From Eledone cirrhosa (lineage: Eukaryota): 64,000 bases of DNA. The notes beneath the pieces are model-generated. The model saw nothing but the letters and a program-made list of their open reading frames with translations, made no database searches and was not told the origin of the DNA. This document shows, piece after piece, positions 1-15,618 of this stretch (position 1 is the first letter of the stretch; each line of letters begins with the position of its first letter). The stretch is taken from positions 25,854,001-25,918,000 of the forward strand of contig OZ024749.1 in the NCBI GenBank assembly GCA_964016885.1, written 5' to 3'. The translations under genes were made by a program, and so were the position numbers.

Positions 1-429
1 TACTGACAATAACAATAAAAACAAAGCAATAAGCCTTATCGACAACAATAACAGCAACAATAATTATAACGATAATCATACGAATAATAAAACAATAACA
101 GAAACAACAAACAAAAAAGACCCCAAAATTCCGGAAACAATAGCAATAATGATAACAAAAGCACAAAAAAAAACAATAACAAAGATAATAAAAATAATAA
201 TATGAATACCAATAAGAACATCACTAAATCACCAACAACAACAGCAATATAAAAATCACAATGCACAACAATAAGATGCAATCATTTATTAATAGTTCCT
301 ATTAAACCAATAGTGTTTTCTTTAATTGATTGAAAAAAGTTAAGGAGGGATGGTCGTTATTGGACGTTTACTTGCTATTGTTCCAAGTAGCTTCGGGTTT
401 TTCTATTTCACATTAAATTCTATTCCATT

Positions 430-574
430 TAGATGTATATATATATATATATATTACACACACACCTTTATATATATATGTATGTATATACATGTATGTA
501 TGTATATATATATATATTTGTATATATATATTACACATATATATCTATATGTATATATATATATGACACACATA

Positions 575-627
<53 letters not shown>

Positions 628-630
628 CAC

Positions 631-661
<31 letters not shown>

Positions 662-678
662 CATGTATATATATATAT

Positions 679-727
<49 letters not shown>

Positions 728-857
728 CATGTATATTTATATATACATACATATATATATGTGCGTGTGTATATAAATATTCACACATACACATATATAT
801 ATATAATTATGTGTGTAAAGTGTGTCTATGTGTATGGATGTATGCATGTGTGTTTGT

Positions 858-948
<91 letters not shown>
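430..948. repeat. Compound (TA)n/(TG)n microsatellite, representative of dozens of such tracts in the window
   Basis: Visible dinucleotide runs; these explain the YIYI/CVCV ORFs. Confidence 0.95.
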
Positions 949-950
<2 letters not shown>

Positions 951-1207
951 TGTATTTGCCATATTGACTATCACAACAAAAGAATTTCAAATCATCAAAT
1001 ATTTACTTGTGTGTTTTTTCTGTCGTTTTTATTTTGTTATTTTAGTTTGTTCTGTGTTCTGTATTTATTTTGTTTGTTTTATTTAATAACCTGGCACTCA
1101 ATACAAAGAATTCTTCGCAAAATAAATTTAACAATAAATTGTCTTCCATTTTTGTTTTCCAAAAGAAATGTATTTGCGATTGTCTGTCCTATTCATACCA
1201 AACGATT

Positions 1208-1304
<97 letters not shown>

Positions 1305-2602
1305 TCACTTATGTATGTGTGTATATATATATATATTGTTATATAAGATATTATATGTGAGTTGTGAGCGGTGTGAAGCGGAAATTCAGGTAGTCTTTTG
1401 TTTGGTTGGTTGACTGTTCGGTCGGTTTCTGCAGTTATCACCAAATTAAACGACCAAATAATCCTGCTTTTCTTTTTTTTTTGTATTTTTATTTTTCCAA
1501 GTTCATATTCCTGACATATTGTGTCACTAACGTCTCTTCATTGCAATTTCCCGCCTGTTAATCGTTAAATGTTTTTATTGCAAAATATGTATTTTTTTTG
1601 TGTGTGTGGTGTGTCTCTGTGTGTGTGATTGTGTGTGTTAGGTTTTTAATTGCATTCATGGTGGAATTTTAATGTTTGAATAGGCGATAACAAATCACAT
1701 CAGTGATTTTTGGGAGGGGTTTTGCAAAAAAATTCCACTTTCCTGATATTTCAATTCGCTAATATTTCTTCATGGCCGATTCTAGCCAAAGTTACGTTAA
1801 ATTACTATTGTATTCTTCAAAAGAAGAAAAAACATTTGGCAGGTTTTTAAATACATTCTGTGAAACTATGACGTCGGAAAATGAGATAATATCAATCCTA
1901 CCATTTTGTTTTACCCTCCGCTTGTTCTTTTCAATATTATTTTTATTATAAAGTTGTGAATTATACAGAAATCTTTGTAAATGGTGCTGCTATATTGTGT
2001 CTCTTTGTATGTTTTTAAATTTTGTTGTATATGCATATTTATAGGTATGTTACAGCCAGTCGATACAAAATTCTAGTTTATTTCGTTCTCTGTTGCCGTT
2101 CGGAACTAGTCTGGATAAAATATAGTATTAGATGATTCTGTGGAAAAATGAACAAGAACAACAACAGCAATGGTAACCGCAACAGCAATGTGATCGTCAG
2201 CTAACAGAAATTCTACAATATTGACAACAAAACCAGCATTACATACAACTACAACAACAACAGCGATATCAACTACCACATCTTCGAGAAAAAACATAAT
2301 AGCAACTATAACAACTACAACACCTTCAACATCAAAGACAACAACAACTACAACAACAAAAGCAATATGATCAACTACCACATCTTCGAGAAAGACATTT
2401 ACAACGACAACAAAGACATCAACAATATTTTAAACAACATGCAAACAACAACAACAACAACAACGATAACCAATATGAACATAAGATGCCAAAGCTTAGA
2501 GAAAAATATTCAATTTCAATAACAACAACAACAAAAGCAACACCAAGAACATCAAAAACATCAATACAAACTATGTATAAACATTATATAAATAACAATA
2601 AA

Positions 2603-2705
2603 TTGAGGTTGACTTTGCCTTTCATCCTTACGGGGTCGATAAAATAAAGTACCAGTAATGCACTGGGTAAATTTTTGGCATTGTGCCAAAAGAAGAAACA
2701 ATTAT
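2603..2705 (+). mobile_element. SINE fragment (3' part)
   Basis: Shares the core gttgactttgcctttcatccttacggggtcgataaaataaagtaccagtaatgcactgg with more than 8 other copies in the window. Confidence 0.8.
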
Positions 2706-2883
2706 ATAAATAATAATAAGAACAATGTTAATGCGTCTTCGGACACCCGTATTACAATTAATTGTGTTGTTATAGAAAACACATACTTTATACAATCACA
2801 TCTACTGTCTACATCTAACATATGTCAGAAAACATGTACCGCTTAATTACTCGGATTTTGCCACACATTAAACCTGTGAACGC

Positions 2884-3373
<490 letters not shown>

Positions 3374-3575
3374 AGGATTATATACATACATAAGTTATTC
3401 CGGGTTGAATCGGGGGTAACCACATATGTAAATCCGTAGAGCAAGTATTTATTATGAGAATAGGTTAAAGTTTAAGCAGAGAATCGTTCTTTCAGCCTTA
3501 ACGGATCTTCAGAAGGTCCCGTTAAGGGTTAAAGCAGCGTTTCTTTGCTTAAACTTTAATCTGTTCTTGTAACAT
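3374..3575 (-). mobile_element. Fold-back insert, family B-like
   Basis: Inverted arms ttaaagtttaagcagagaatcg...cgtttctttgcttaaactttaa, similar to 4701-4913 and 57417-57738. Confidence 0.7.
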
Positions 3576-3584
3576 ACACACGCC

Positions 3585-4255
<671 letters not shown>

Positions 4256-4257
4256 AT

Positions 4258-4680
<423 letters not shown>

Positions 4681-4700
4681 TATTATATATATATATATAT

Positions 4701-4913
4701 TTATTAAAATAAAGGATTAAAGTTGAAGCAAAGAATCGCTGCTTTCACCCTTAACGGGATCTTCTGTTTCAGTAGATCCCGTTAGGGTGAAAGCAGCGAG
4801 TTTTTGCTTAAACTTTAATCTGTTATTTTAATAAATATTTGCTCTATGGTTCTTATATATTTGATATATCGAGCCCTCTTTGGATTTTAGTCTTCACATT
4901 TATTATCATTACT
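4701..4913 (+). mobile_element. Fold-back insert, family B
   Basis: Arms 4701-~4765 and ~4772-4834, then a tail to cattacta(TA)n shared with 22750-22952 and 57417-57738. Confidence 0.8.
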
Positions 4914-4941
4914 ATATATAAATATATATATATATACATAT

Positions 4942-5002
<61 letters not shown>

Positions 5003-5163
5003 GCTGTGTGTGCACCACTCAGTGGTTACTGCCAAATTAGCGTTGAGTTTAGAATAGACATATATGTTTGACATTGAACATGGAGAGGACATCTAATTTA
5101 CTCCCCCCCCCTCCCATCTCTCTTGCATACACACATACTCACATACACACATTGTCAGTCATG

Positions 5164-5196
<33 letters not shown>

Positions 5197-5318
5197 GTAA
5201 ATGTATATATATATATGTAAATGTATATATATATATTTTTACACATGTATATATATATATATATACATATATGTATGCATATATAATTACATATATATGT
5301 ATATATATATATTTTTAC

Positions 5319-5350
<32 letters not shown>

Positions 5351-5379
5351 GTATATAGGTATATATATATATATGTATG

Positions 5380-5416
<37 letters not shown>

Positions 5417-5470
5417 GTACATATGTATATGTATATATATGTATATATATATATGTATATATGTATATGT

Positions 5471-5594
<124 letters not shown>

Positions 5595-5626
5595 ATGTCT
5601 GTGTGTATATATATATATATATATAT

Positions 5627-5735
<109 letters not shown>

Positions 5736-6086
5736 AAGCAGAAATAATGATTATGTGCTCTTTGCGTTTATTTTACAGAAATAGAATATTTAGGAAAGTT
5801 GTGTGTTTGTGTATATTTGTGTGTGTGTTTGTGTTGTGTGTGTGTTCGTGCATATGTGTGTGTGTGTGTTTATGTGTGTGTGAGAGCCCTTGTCTGTGTG
5901 TCTGTGAGTGCGTTTGTGTGTGATTTTGTGTGTATTTGTATTGTCTAAGACAGAAGTCAGACATCATTCACAGCTATCACAACTATGACAGAATCTTTCA
6001 TTTTATACTATAATCTCTCTCTATGACCCCCTCTCTCTCTATATATATATATATACATATATGAATATATACATGTATATTCATAC

Positions 6087-6121
<35 letters not shown>

Positions 6122-6178
6122 AATTATATACATAAATATTGTATTTGTGTGTATAGGTTCGTTCAAGTGTCATGTTCG

Positions 6179-6315
<137 letters not shown>

Positions 6316-6636
6316 CCTCCACCGCTCTCTGCTCTACTAAATTTAGACAAGTGTTTATAAGTTTTTACTTTAAAAGAACTACAAAGATGTGTTAAATGTC
6401 GATAATAACACTGGAATATACATTGGCCATCTCGTCGTCTTTGCTGTCAGTTATAATTTGGAAATTCAGAAGCCAAACTATTTCGACATTGACAGTAAAT
6501 AGAAAAGACACTGTTACAATACTCCATATCATCTACTGCCGTATATAATCACAGGCTCGATATACTTTCATGAAATATCTTCATCAGTGTCTCATATATA
6601 ATTACAGTTATGACCGCTTCTATTTTATATTTCCGA

Positions 6637-6751
6637 TTTCTTCTTCTTCTTCTTCTTCTTCTTCTTCTTCTTCTTCTTCTTCTTCTTCTTCTTCTTCTTC
6701 TTCTTCTTCTTCTTCTTCTTCTTCTTCTTCTTCTTCTTCTTCTTCTTCTTC
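6637..6751. repeat. (TTC)n microsatellite
   Basis: Pure trinucleotide run. Confidence 0.95.
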
Positions 6752-6939
6752 TCATAATTATTATTATGACGCTAGCTTTTTACCTTCTTCTGTGAGAGAA
6801 ACATATATTTAGATGTAAAATATGTGGTAGAGGTTGAACATTTTGGTGTAGAATTCTATGGACATTGTAAGATTATGACACTTTTATACAAATAAACAGA
6901 TTCACACATATACTCCTACGCATATGTGTATATATATAT

Positions 6940-7000
<61 letters not shown>

Positions 7001-7005
<5 letters not shown>

Positions 7006-7353
7006 AAAAAAAGATGAAATCGAAAATGCACCTGGAGTCTTATTTTTTAAAAAATATTTTTTTTTTTTTGGTTCCTTTACCGGTTTCGCAGTTCTTCTGC
7101 TTTTCAAAAGTAGAGTTGAGATGGAGGGTCTGTGGTTTTTCTCACGTGAGAAAAACCAACACCCTTCATCTTAACTCTACTTTTGAAAAGCATAAGAACT
7201 GCGAAACCGGTAAAGGAACCAAAAATATATATATATTTTTTTTTTAAATAAGACTCCAGGTGCATTTTCGATTTCATCTTTTTTTCTTTATACATTCACT
7301 CGTGTAGGACACCTCGGGTATTTTTCATTTTGTAAAAAAAACCTCACTTTCTA
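7001..7353 (+). mobile_element. Fold-back PLE terminus with ~145-bp arms
   Basis: Centre ctcac|gtgag at 7145/7146, arms 7001-7145 and 7146-7292, unique tail to 7353, (TA)n flanks. Confidence 0.85.
7179..7216 (+). ncRNA. Minimal hammerhead-like motif, U3-A8 variant (mirror copy at 7074-7112 on -)
   Basis: ctt-TTGAAAA-gca(taagaac)tgc-GAAA-ccgg-TA-aag; stem I is only ~3 bp. Confidence 0.55.
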
Positions 7354-7575
7354 ATATATATATATATATATAAGTATGTACACGTACATACATATATGTA
7401 TACAGACGTACAGTAGTATGTATATATATATATACATACATGCACACATATATATGTACGTAAGGATTCACCGAACATTTATTATAATGCTTGGTGTGTT
7501 TGTAAACAAACATCCCGTATTAAGTCGTAGTGTCTAGCAACCATCGTTGCTCGTTTGTTCAACACTGACAAAGGA

Positions 7576-7618
7576 ACGCTGTACTAGTTTCAAGCTTATT
7601 AGCTATCGTCAGCAACGT
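7576..7618 (-). ncRNA. Type I hammerhead ribozyme (unit 1)
   Basis: acgttg-CTGACGA-tagctaataagctt-GAAA-ctag-TA-cagcgt; the first stem II pair is a mismatch. Confidence 0.75.
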
Positions 7619-7993
7619 ATACCTTCCTGCCAGATTGTTGAACGTATATACTTACCTTATGCATATTAATGGCTGAGTAGCCCAATTTGCATATCGAGTG
7701 GGTTAATCGGCCGGGTGCACCGAAAACGATAAAGGGAAAACATGAAACGAAATTTCATTTCCCACTCTTAGTACGGCTGTTACTTAAATATAAGTATGTA
7801 CACGTACATACATATATGTATAAAGACGTACAGTATTATGTATATATATACGTACATGCACACATATATATATGTACGTATGAATTCACCGAACATTTAT
7901 TATAATGCTTGGTGTGTTTGTAAACAAACATCCCGTATTAAGCCGTAGTGTCTAGCAATCATCGTTGCTCGTTTGTTCAACACTGACAAAGGA

Positions 7994-8036
7994 ACGCTGT
8001 ACTAGTTTCAAGTTTATTAGCTATCGTCAGCAACGT
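7994..8036 (-). ncRNA. Type I hammerhead ribozyme (unit 2)
   Basis: Same motif 418 bp away, with one stem II substitution. Confidence 0.7.
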
Positions 8037-8301
8037 ACACCTTCCTGCCAGAATGTTAAACGTATATACTTACCTTATGCATATTAACGGCTGAGTAGCC
8101 TAATTTGCATATCGAGTGGGTTAATCGGCCGGGTGCACCGAAAACGATAAACGGAAAAAATGAAACGAAATTTCATTTCCCACTCTTAGTACGGTTGTTA
8201 CTTAAATATAAGTATGTACACGTACATACATATATGTATACAGACGTTTAAGTAACACCCGTACTAAGAGTGGGAAATGAAATTTCGTTTCATTTTTTCC
8301 G

Positions 8302-8367
<66 letters not shown>

Positions 8368-8418
8368 TAATAAAAATAATGAATAAAAACAAAGAAACAG
8401 TTCCTTATATTAAAAAAT

Positions 8419-8556
8419 TCATCATTTTACGATCGTTTCTAGGATATATATGTGTGTGTTGGTATGTATATCATATAGATCTATGTAAAAGTTTTACAAA
8501 CTATCAGAGGGAATATACAAACCTACACATATATATGCTATCTTCAGAAATAATGA
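8419..8556 (-). ncRNA. Type I hammerhead ribozyme with long stem II
   Basis: tcattattt-CTGAAGA-(~100 nt, tag...cta)-GAAA-cgatcg-TA-aaatgatga. Confidence 0.8.
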
Positions 8557-9199
8557 TATTACTTTATTGAAAAAAAACAACAAAGATTTAATATAATAGG
8601 TCTGTTTGGGAACAGGTTTTGAATTGACCAATAGAAAGGTAGTAAGTGGTCAAGATGATAGAATAGTAGTATTAGAAATTTAATTTAGGAGTAGAGGAAA
8701 GCAGACTTCAGTTTTGAATGGAAAGAGTATTTTGAATGAAAAGATTACTTTGGGTATGAAAATAGATCAAGCCGGTGAAAGGTACACGAAAATATCAATC
8801 TTATTTAAAACATAAGGAATTTACATCTATAAAAGGAAAATAAATTAATTTAATTGATTGGTATATTTATATTGATAAATTTATATTAATTCATATAGAT
8901 ATGATAAATAAGAGTTAGATGTAATTGAAGAATGTTGTTAAAAACGAAGGAGAAAAAAAAATGGGGGGGGGGGGTAAATGTATTAGTGAGCAATAACAAA
9001 TTTATATAGATTACAAGGAATATAGATTCATAACCTGAAATTAAAATAGTTTATATGTATACTTATTGGTATCAATTTTAGGAAAAGATAGCTGTAAAAG
9101 GAAAATAAATTATGCAGTTCATTAGTAGTAGAATATTAATTATAGGTTAACTAATTTAAAAAAAAAAAAAATTAATTATAATAATTTGTAAAGTGTATA

Positions 9200-10575
9200 T
9201 TAATTAGGTTTATAATATTTAAAAGTTCTTCTAATTTTATGATTACATGATATAATTAATTCTTGTCGCTTATTTAATAGGATATCCTTAGATTTCATTA
9301 TTTCAAAAAGTTCCTGGGAACATAATCTACATTCATACCTATTATTTTGATAAGGGGTGGCCCTTTTGAGCACACTCCAGGTCAGGTTATAATCGATATC
9401 TTTTTTCTATAATTATTAAATATTTCAGCTAAGGATGTTGTATTAGCTAATGCGGCATTTTTAAAACTGTGTTTGTGGGTATTAAATCTTACTTTAAATT
9501 GGTTAGAAGTAGCTCCTATATATGAATAAGTTGAGTCCTTAGTGTTAATTTTACATTTATATACTATGTTATTAATAAGGAAATTTCCTTTTAATGGGCA
9601 ATTTGCTTTGTTTCTACAGTTACAACCTTTCGTGAATGTTGTATCAGAGGAGATAGTCAAATTAGGTGTGGAATTTTCTCAACTTGTTGTATGTGAATGA
9701 GATGGTGGTTTGCTGTGGTTTATTTTAGTATTATGGTTAGTTTGATGTATTGGTGGTATATTCATGTTTTTTTAAACATTTATATGCAATATAGGCACTT
9801 ATATTTTGTTGTATATTTTTGGTTGTTGAGTAGGAGAATTTGACCGTTGATCAATTTAAAATTTGATGGTATTTATGGTTTGGCGGGAAGTTTTTCTCTA
9901 GGATAGTAAAAAATTTTTTAGGTATATTATCTTTAATTTGTAGATTAAATGGAACATTATACCAAGTAACTCGTCTATGTTTTTTATTTTTATACGATGT
10001 ATCCTGATGTTTACTAAGAGAATTAGTATTAGTGATTTTATTACACATATTTTTAGTTAGATTCACTGATTTAGGTCTTTTAGCCTGATTATTAGGAATT
10101 TTGTTATTAACATATATTGGAATATTAGGATGAATGGTATTTTGAAAGTTATTATATTGTATATTTGAAGAGTTAGAGAAATTAAGTTTTAAGTTGGTAT
10201 TTTGGGGTATAGTGTGAGTGGCATTTAGGTGTGTATATTTAATTTGGTGTTTGTTGGTAATATTGGGTGGTATGTTTGTAGTATTATTGGTACAAGGTAT
10301 ATATACTAATTTGTTTTTGTGGCCGTTTCTAGCTAAAGCTTCGTTATAAAAGGTCGCATTTTTATCGAATACATCCTGGTTAGATGAAAGGTTAGAAATT
10401 CTGAGTGAGATATTATATGCTAGGTTTTTAAGGATAGATTTAGGGTGATTAGATTGTGAGTGTATGTAATGTAAGTGTTGGTTAGGTCTATGGTAAGGTT
10501 GGTAGATACCCGTAGATAAGTCTAATGTTATATCAAGGAAATTGTAAGGGTTTATGATTATTTTTTCTACGGTCT
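9200..10575 (-). pseudogene. Frameshifted PLE RT C-terminus plus GIY-YIG endonuclease
   Basis: NFLDITLDL...YIHSQSNHP...RISNLSSN; WYNVPFN; CNCRNKANCPL; IVYKC...YIGAT; CRLCSQE...LLNKRQE...CNH. Confidence 0.9.
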
Positions 10576-10599
10576 GAATTTTTTAGTTTTTTTTAATTT

Positions 10600-12500
10600 T
10601 GATTTCATAGATGAAGTGGTAGAGTAGTCTCCCGTCCTTAGCCTTAGAAACGTATTTATTAGTGAGTAACAGGGAGTTATCCACTATGTGTGCCCTTTAC
10701 GTCATCATTTGGTACGTATGTGTTTATCGTCATTGTTTATTTTTTGCGGAGCTACACCATATGGTCGCAGTCTTGTTTAGTTAATGAACACATGTATGAG
10801 TTTATTGACTCACAGTTGCGCTGAGCAGAATTACTGAATCGGTTTGTACACTTGTATATGTCATGTTATATGTCATGTTATATTATATTATATTATAAGT
10901 TTGTTTGTCTAACCACGTGTTTCATGTGAATAGTCAACAAGCTACTGCTATAATGTGTGTTCATGCAATGCTCGGACAATAATACCCTCGGAACACGGAA
11001 TTAGATGTACATTACTGTGGGTGATTGTGAATAGTATGATACCGTAATCTGGAGCACTACTTATATGAGGATTTCGATTTGAACACCGGCTCATAACATA
11101 TAGTACCATACGTTATGATACGTACTTGCGGATGTATGAACAGGACTGGAATACCATCTATGAAGGATATATATATATATATATATATATACATGTGACT
11201 ATATATGTTGTGACATTTCGTGAGTTACCACCTACTGACGATATATATGTTTTGTGTTCTCCTCGCCGGATATGCCTCAAACATTGTATGAACTGTCTGT
11301 TATGAATTTTTCGTTGTGAATTGACTGCTTCAGCTTCTTCTATACACTTATCCTGCTTTGCTTGTGTTCCTGCTTCTGCCTGTGCTGTACCCATCCTTAT
11401 GCAAGACTAACACCTCTTATCCGCACAGCTCCACTATCTTATGGTTACCCTAACCATGCTGTATTAGGAGAATACTAAATCCCCTCTGAACCTTATTACC
11501 ATACTTTAAGGGCTACATGGCACTTCTCTAAATGACACCCCGGTTGATGCCTGGTCCTAGTGTAATTTATCTGCTGGATATCCCTACTTTGACAACTGTA
11601 ATATTCGAGTGCACTGTGGCTCACTGTGTGAAACTATAGCACATAAGACTCTTTGTCATGGGAAATCATCTGGCCTATATCTATTCGTCTGTGACCAATG
11701 CATGCTTCCTCTCCCTGCCTTTGTGTGCCCTCATATGCATCCACGCCTTCCCCTCTCTCTTGTTAATTATTTTGTTAAATATAAAAGACAATAAAATGTC
11801 TTATTTAGTGTTTTCTATTCTCAACTTATTAACCTATAATTGTAAGATAGCATTGGCGTAATACGCTTTACTAACTATTTATAGCAGCTGTGTTAGACAC
11901 CTGAAAAGTTTGCATTATATTTTTTCACTACCCACTTCTACAATTTATTTTCCATTCTCAACTTATTAACCTTTTCTATAGATTTGGCGGTACAAGCAAC
12001 ACCTACTTATTATAGCAGCTGTCTCTAGACTCTACTCTTTTTTGTTTTTTTTTATTCATTTCTCACTATCTAATTTTATATATTTTCTTTATATTTCTTT
12101 CTATTATTTTTTATTGTATCCTACTCTCATTTGACTTACCTATTCTATACCGTCACTCCTCCATTTTCTCCAGAACAATTTTTCGACTTTTCATACACTA
12201 TCCTGAGAATGTTCTGTATAGATTTAGCTCCCACCAAATGCCATAACAGACTGATTTGTGTTTACAACAAATTTTGACCAATCCTCTTGACAACTAAAAT
12301 CTTCCCATATAAGGAAGTACCCCTTGACAAGTTCGGCTATTTATTTGCCAGGCTAACAATTCTAATTTAGTCCAGAAATAGCCGTCGAAACGGCTTGAAC
12401 TCTGCCGTCAGGGTCATACTTTTTCCTATTACCCACTCTAAACCCCTAAGTATTGAGTACTTTGGTGCGTTATGGTCCATCTGGTTCCCTACCACATTTG

Positions 12501-12505
<5 letters not shown>
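10600..12505 (+). mobile_element. Long copy of family A (3' UTR/pLTR); left boundary uncertain
   Basis: 12370-12505 matches the family A tips, and the upstream sequence supplies the HHR 5' half missing from short copies. Confidence 0.55.
12319..12414 (+). ncRNA. Type I hammerhead ribozyme, U3-A8 core variant
   Basis: acccc-TTGACAA-g..cggctattt...aaatagccg.c-GAAA-cggc...gccg-TC-agggt (ggggt in other copies). Confidence 0.7.
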
Positions 12506-12554
<49 letters not shown>

Positions 12555-12568
12555 ATATTATATATATA

Positions 12569-12835
<267 letters not shown>

Positions 12836-13006
12836 TATATATATCTGTGTGTGTTTGTGTGTGTGTGCATGTGTGTGTATTATTTATCCAGTTTATATAT
12901 AACAGCCGTGTGATAATCTAATTATTGTTGTCGACACCCCAGTCTCTGCTATATATCATCATTACATGATGATATAGTACATTTGTTATTATTATTTGTT
13001 TTACAA

Positions 13007-13056
13007 TTAGTAGTAGTAGCATTAGTAGTTGTTGTTGTTGTAGTAGTAGTTGTTGC

Positions 13057-13115
<59 letters not shown>

Positions 13116-13144
13116 CTGTTGTGTTGTTGTTGTTGTTGTAGCAT

Positions 13145-13194
<50 letters not shown>

Positions 13195-13345
13195 CTAGTA
13201 GTAGTACTAGTAGTAGTAGTAGTTGTTGTTGTAGTTGTAGTTGTTGTAGCAGCAGTAGTAGTAGTAGTTGTAGTTGTTGTAGCATTAGTAGTAGTAGTCG
13301 TAGTCGTAGTTGTTGTTGTAGTAGTAGATGTAGTTGTTGTAGCAT

Positions 13346-13376
<31 letters not shown>

Positions 13377-13414
13377 TGTTGTTGTAGTAGTAGTAGTTGT
13401 AGTTGTTGTAGCAT

Positions 13415-13469
<55 letters not shown>

Positions 13470-13533
13470 TGTAGTTGTTGTTTTTGTAGTAATAGTAGTA
13501 GCAGCAGTTGTTGTTGTTGCTGCTGTTGTTGTT

Positions 13534-13605
<72 letters not shown>

Positions 13606-14220
13606 ATGGTGGTGGTGGTTGTTATATAGCTATTGATGCCGTAAATAGCCAGTCTTCACTCGATCTTACTGAGAAGTAATATTGTGGAGTAAGTGAAGTT
13701 CCGGCTGTGAGGTTTGTGGTGAATTTACATCATCATCATCGTCATCATCATCATCATCACCGACATGTACATCACTGTGCTCATCAACAGCAGCTGCATC
13801 ATCATCATCATTATCATCACCATCATCATCATCATTTCTCATTCTCCTCGTCATAATCATCATCATCATCATCATCATCATCATAATAATAATCATCATC
13901 ATCGTCATCATCATCACCATCATCATCATTATTTCTCATTCTCCTCCTCCTCCTCCTCACCATCATCATCATCATCATCATAACGCTCCTCATCATCATC
14001 GCCATCATCATCATCATCATCATTTCTCAATCTCATCACCGTCATCATCACCATCATCATCATCATCACCGTTTCCATCATCATCATCACCATCATCATC
14101 ATCATCTCCACCATCATCATCATCATCAACATCACCATCACCATCATCACCATCAACATAACCATCATCATGACCATCATCATAATCCTCATCCTCATCA
14201 TCATCATCATCAACATCATG
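13007..14220. repeat. Degenerate (TAG/TTG)n and (CAT)n trinucleotide arrays
   Basis: Visible low-complexity runs. Confidence 0.9.
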
Positions 14221-14451
14221 GCTCCTCCATCGGTTTTTTTTTTCTTCTAAGCTGCCACAAGTTTAACGGAAACCTAAGCTCATCCTGGTTTCAGGCGGCG
14301 TTGATCTACAGAGAGAAACGTTGAGAGGAGATGGACAGACAGAGGAAGAAACAGATAGACAGGGAAAATTGAGCAGCCGGAAGTGAGTAGCTCAAGGACA
14401 TAACGTATGACCCTAACTGCATATGGAAGCCTCTACGCTACAAAATAATAA

Positions 14452-14990
14452 TAATGGTTTCTACTTTTGGCACAAGTCCAGCAATTTTATCCAGTGCATT
14501 ACTGGTACTTTATTTTATCGAGCCATTTAAAGTTAACCTCGGCGGGATTTGAACTCTGAACGTAAAGGGCCGTAACTCTGAACTGCAGAGCATGGCGTCC
14601 GACCTCCACCGATACTGCCAATCCACTACACTACAAAATAATAATAATTGTTTCTACTTTTGGCACAAGGACAGCAATTAATACAGTGTATTACTGGTAC
14701 TTTATTTTATCGACCCCTTAAAAATAGTAATAATAATGGTGTCTTATATAGGCACAAGGCCAGCAATTTTGGGGAAGGGGAAAGTCGATTAAATCGACCC
14801 CAGTGCGTGACTGTTACTTTATTTTATCGATATGTATTTTTTATATATTCTGCATACATTATTTTTTTGATCTGAATTCAAATCCTGCCGAGGTTAAGTT
14901 TGCCTTTCATCCTTACGGGGTCGATAAAATAAAGTACCAGTAATGCACTAAGTAATTGCTGGCCTTGTGCCCAAAGTAGAAACAATTATT
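14452..14990. mobile_element. Cluster of SINE copies (two on -, one on +)
   Basis: B-box-like ggatttgaactc and the core tactggtactttattttatcga; + copy at ~14872-14990. Confidence 0.8.
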
Positions 14991-15184
14991 TTTTTATATA
15001 TCCTGCATGCATTTTCTATATGCGGTCTGGACATACCCTTTACATTAATACCATGAACTCCCCATATGTAACCTTGCTTGAGGTTACATATGGGATTAAT
15101 CCACGTTAGCAACATAATATCAATTCTGTCAGCACGTATATATGTAGATATAGATATATATATATATTCATATATATATATATG

Positions 15185-15261
<77 letters not shown>

Positions 15262-15370
15262 GCACACACACATGCATATATATCCAATTCTCTTTGCATA
15301 TGCACACGCATACACACACACACACATATATACATAGATATGTACATATATATGTACATATTTATATATA

Positions 15371-15460
<90 letters not shown>

Positions 15461-15581
15461 TATATATATATACATATATACACATATATACATATATACA
15501 CATATATATATATATATACACATATATACATATATATACATATATACATATATATACATACACATATATATATACACACAC

Positions 15582-15618
<37 letters not shown>

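Larger units (their letters stand above)
7371..8304 (-). mobile_element. Tandem ~418-bp HHR-containing repeat (2 units plus a partial) with an inverted tip; retrozyme- or pLTR-like
   Basis: Units start at 7371, 7791 and 8209; 8248-8304 is an inverted copy of ~8147-8206. Confidence 0.8.
8365..10575 (-). mobile_element. 5'-truncated Penelope-like retrotransposon (Naiad-like), family D
   Basis: Coding remnant at 9200-10575, AT-rich 3' UTR, HHR near the 3' end, terminates in (TA)n. Confidence 0.9.

Noticed and set aside
4785-4815. HHR in family B (GAAAgcagcg...tgctta)
   Set aside because: No upstream CUGANGA or UUGANAA core in any copy here.
6535-6595. Hammerhead-like CTGATGA...GAAA on the minus strand
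   Set aside because: Stems II and III and the cleavage triplet do not form; at best a decayed copy.
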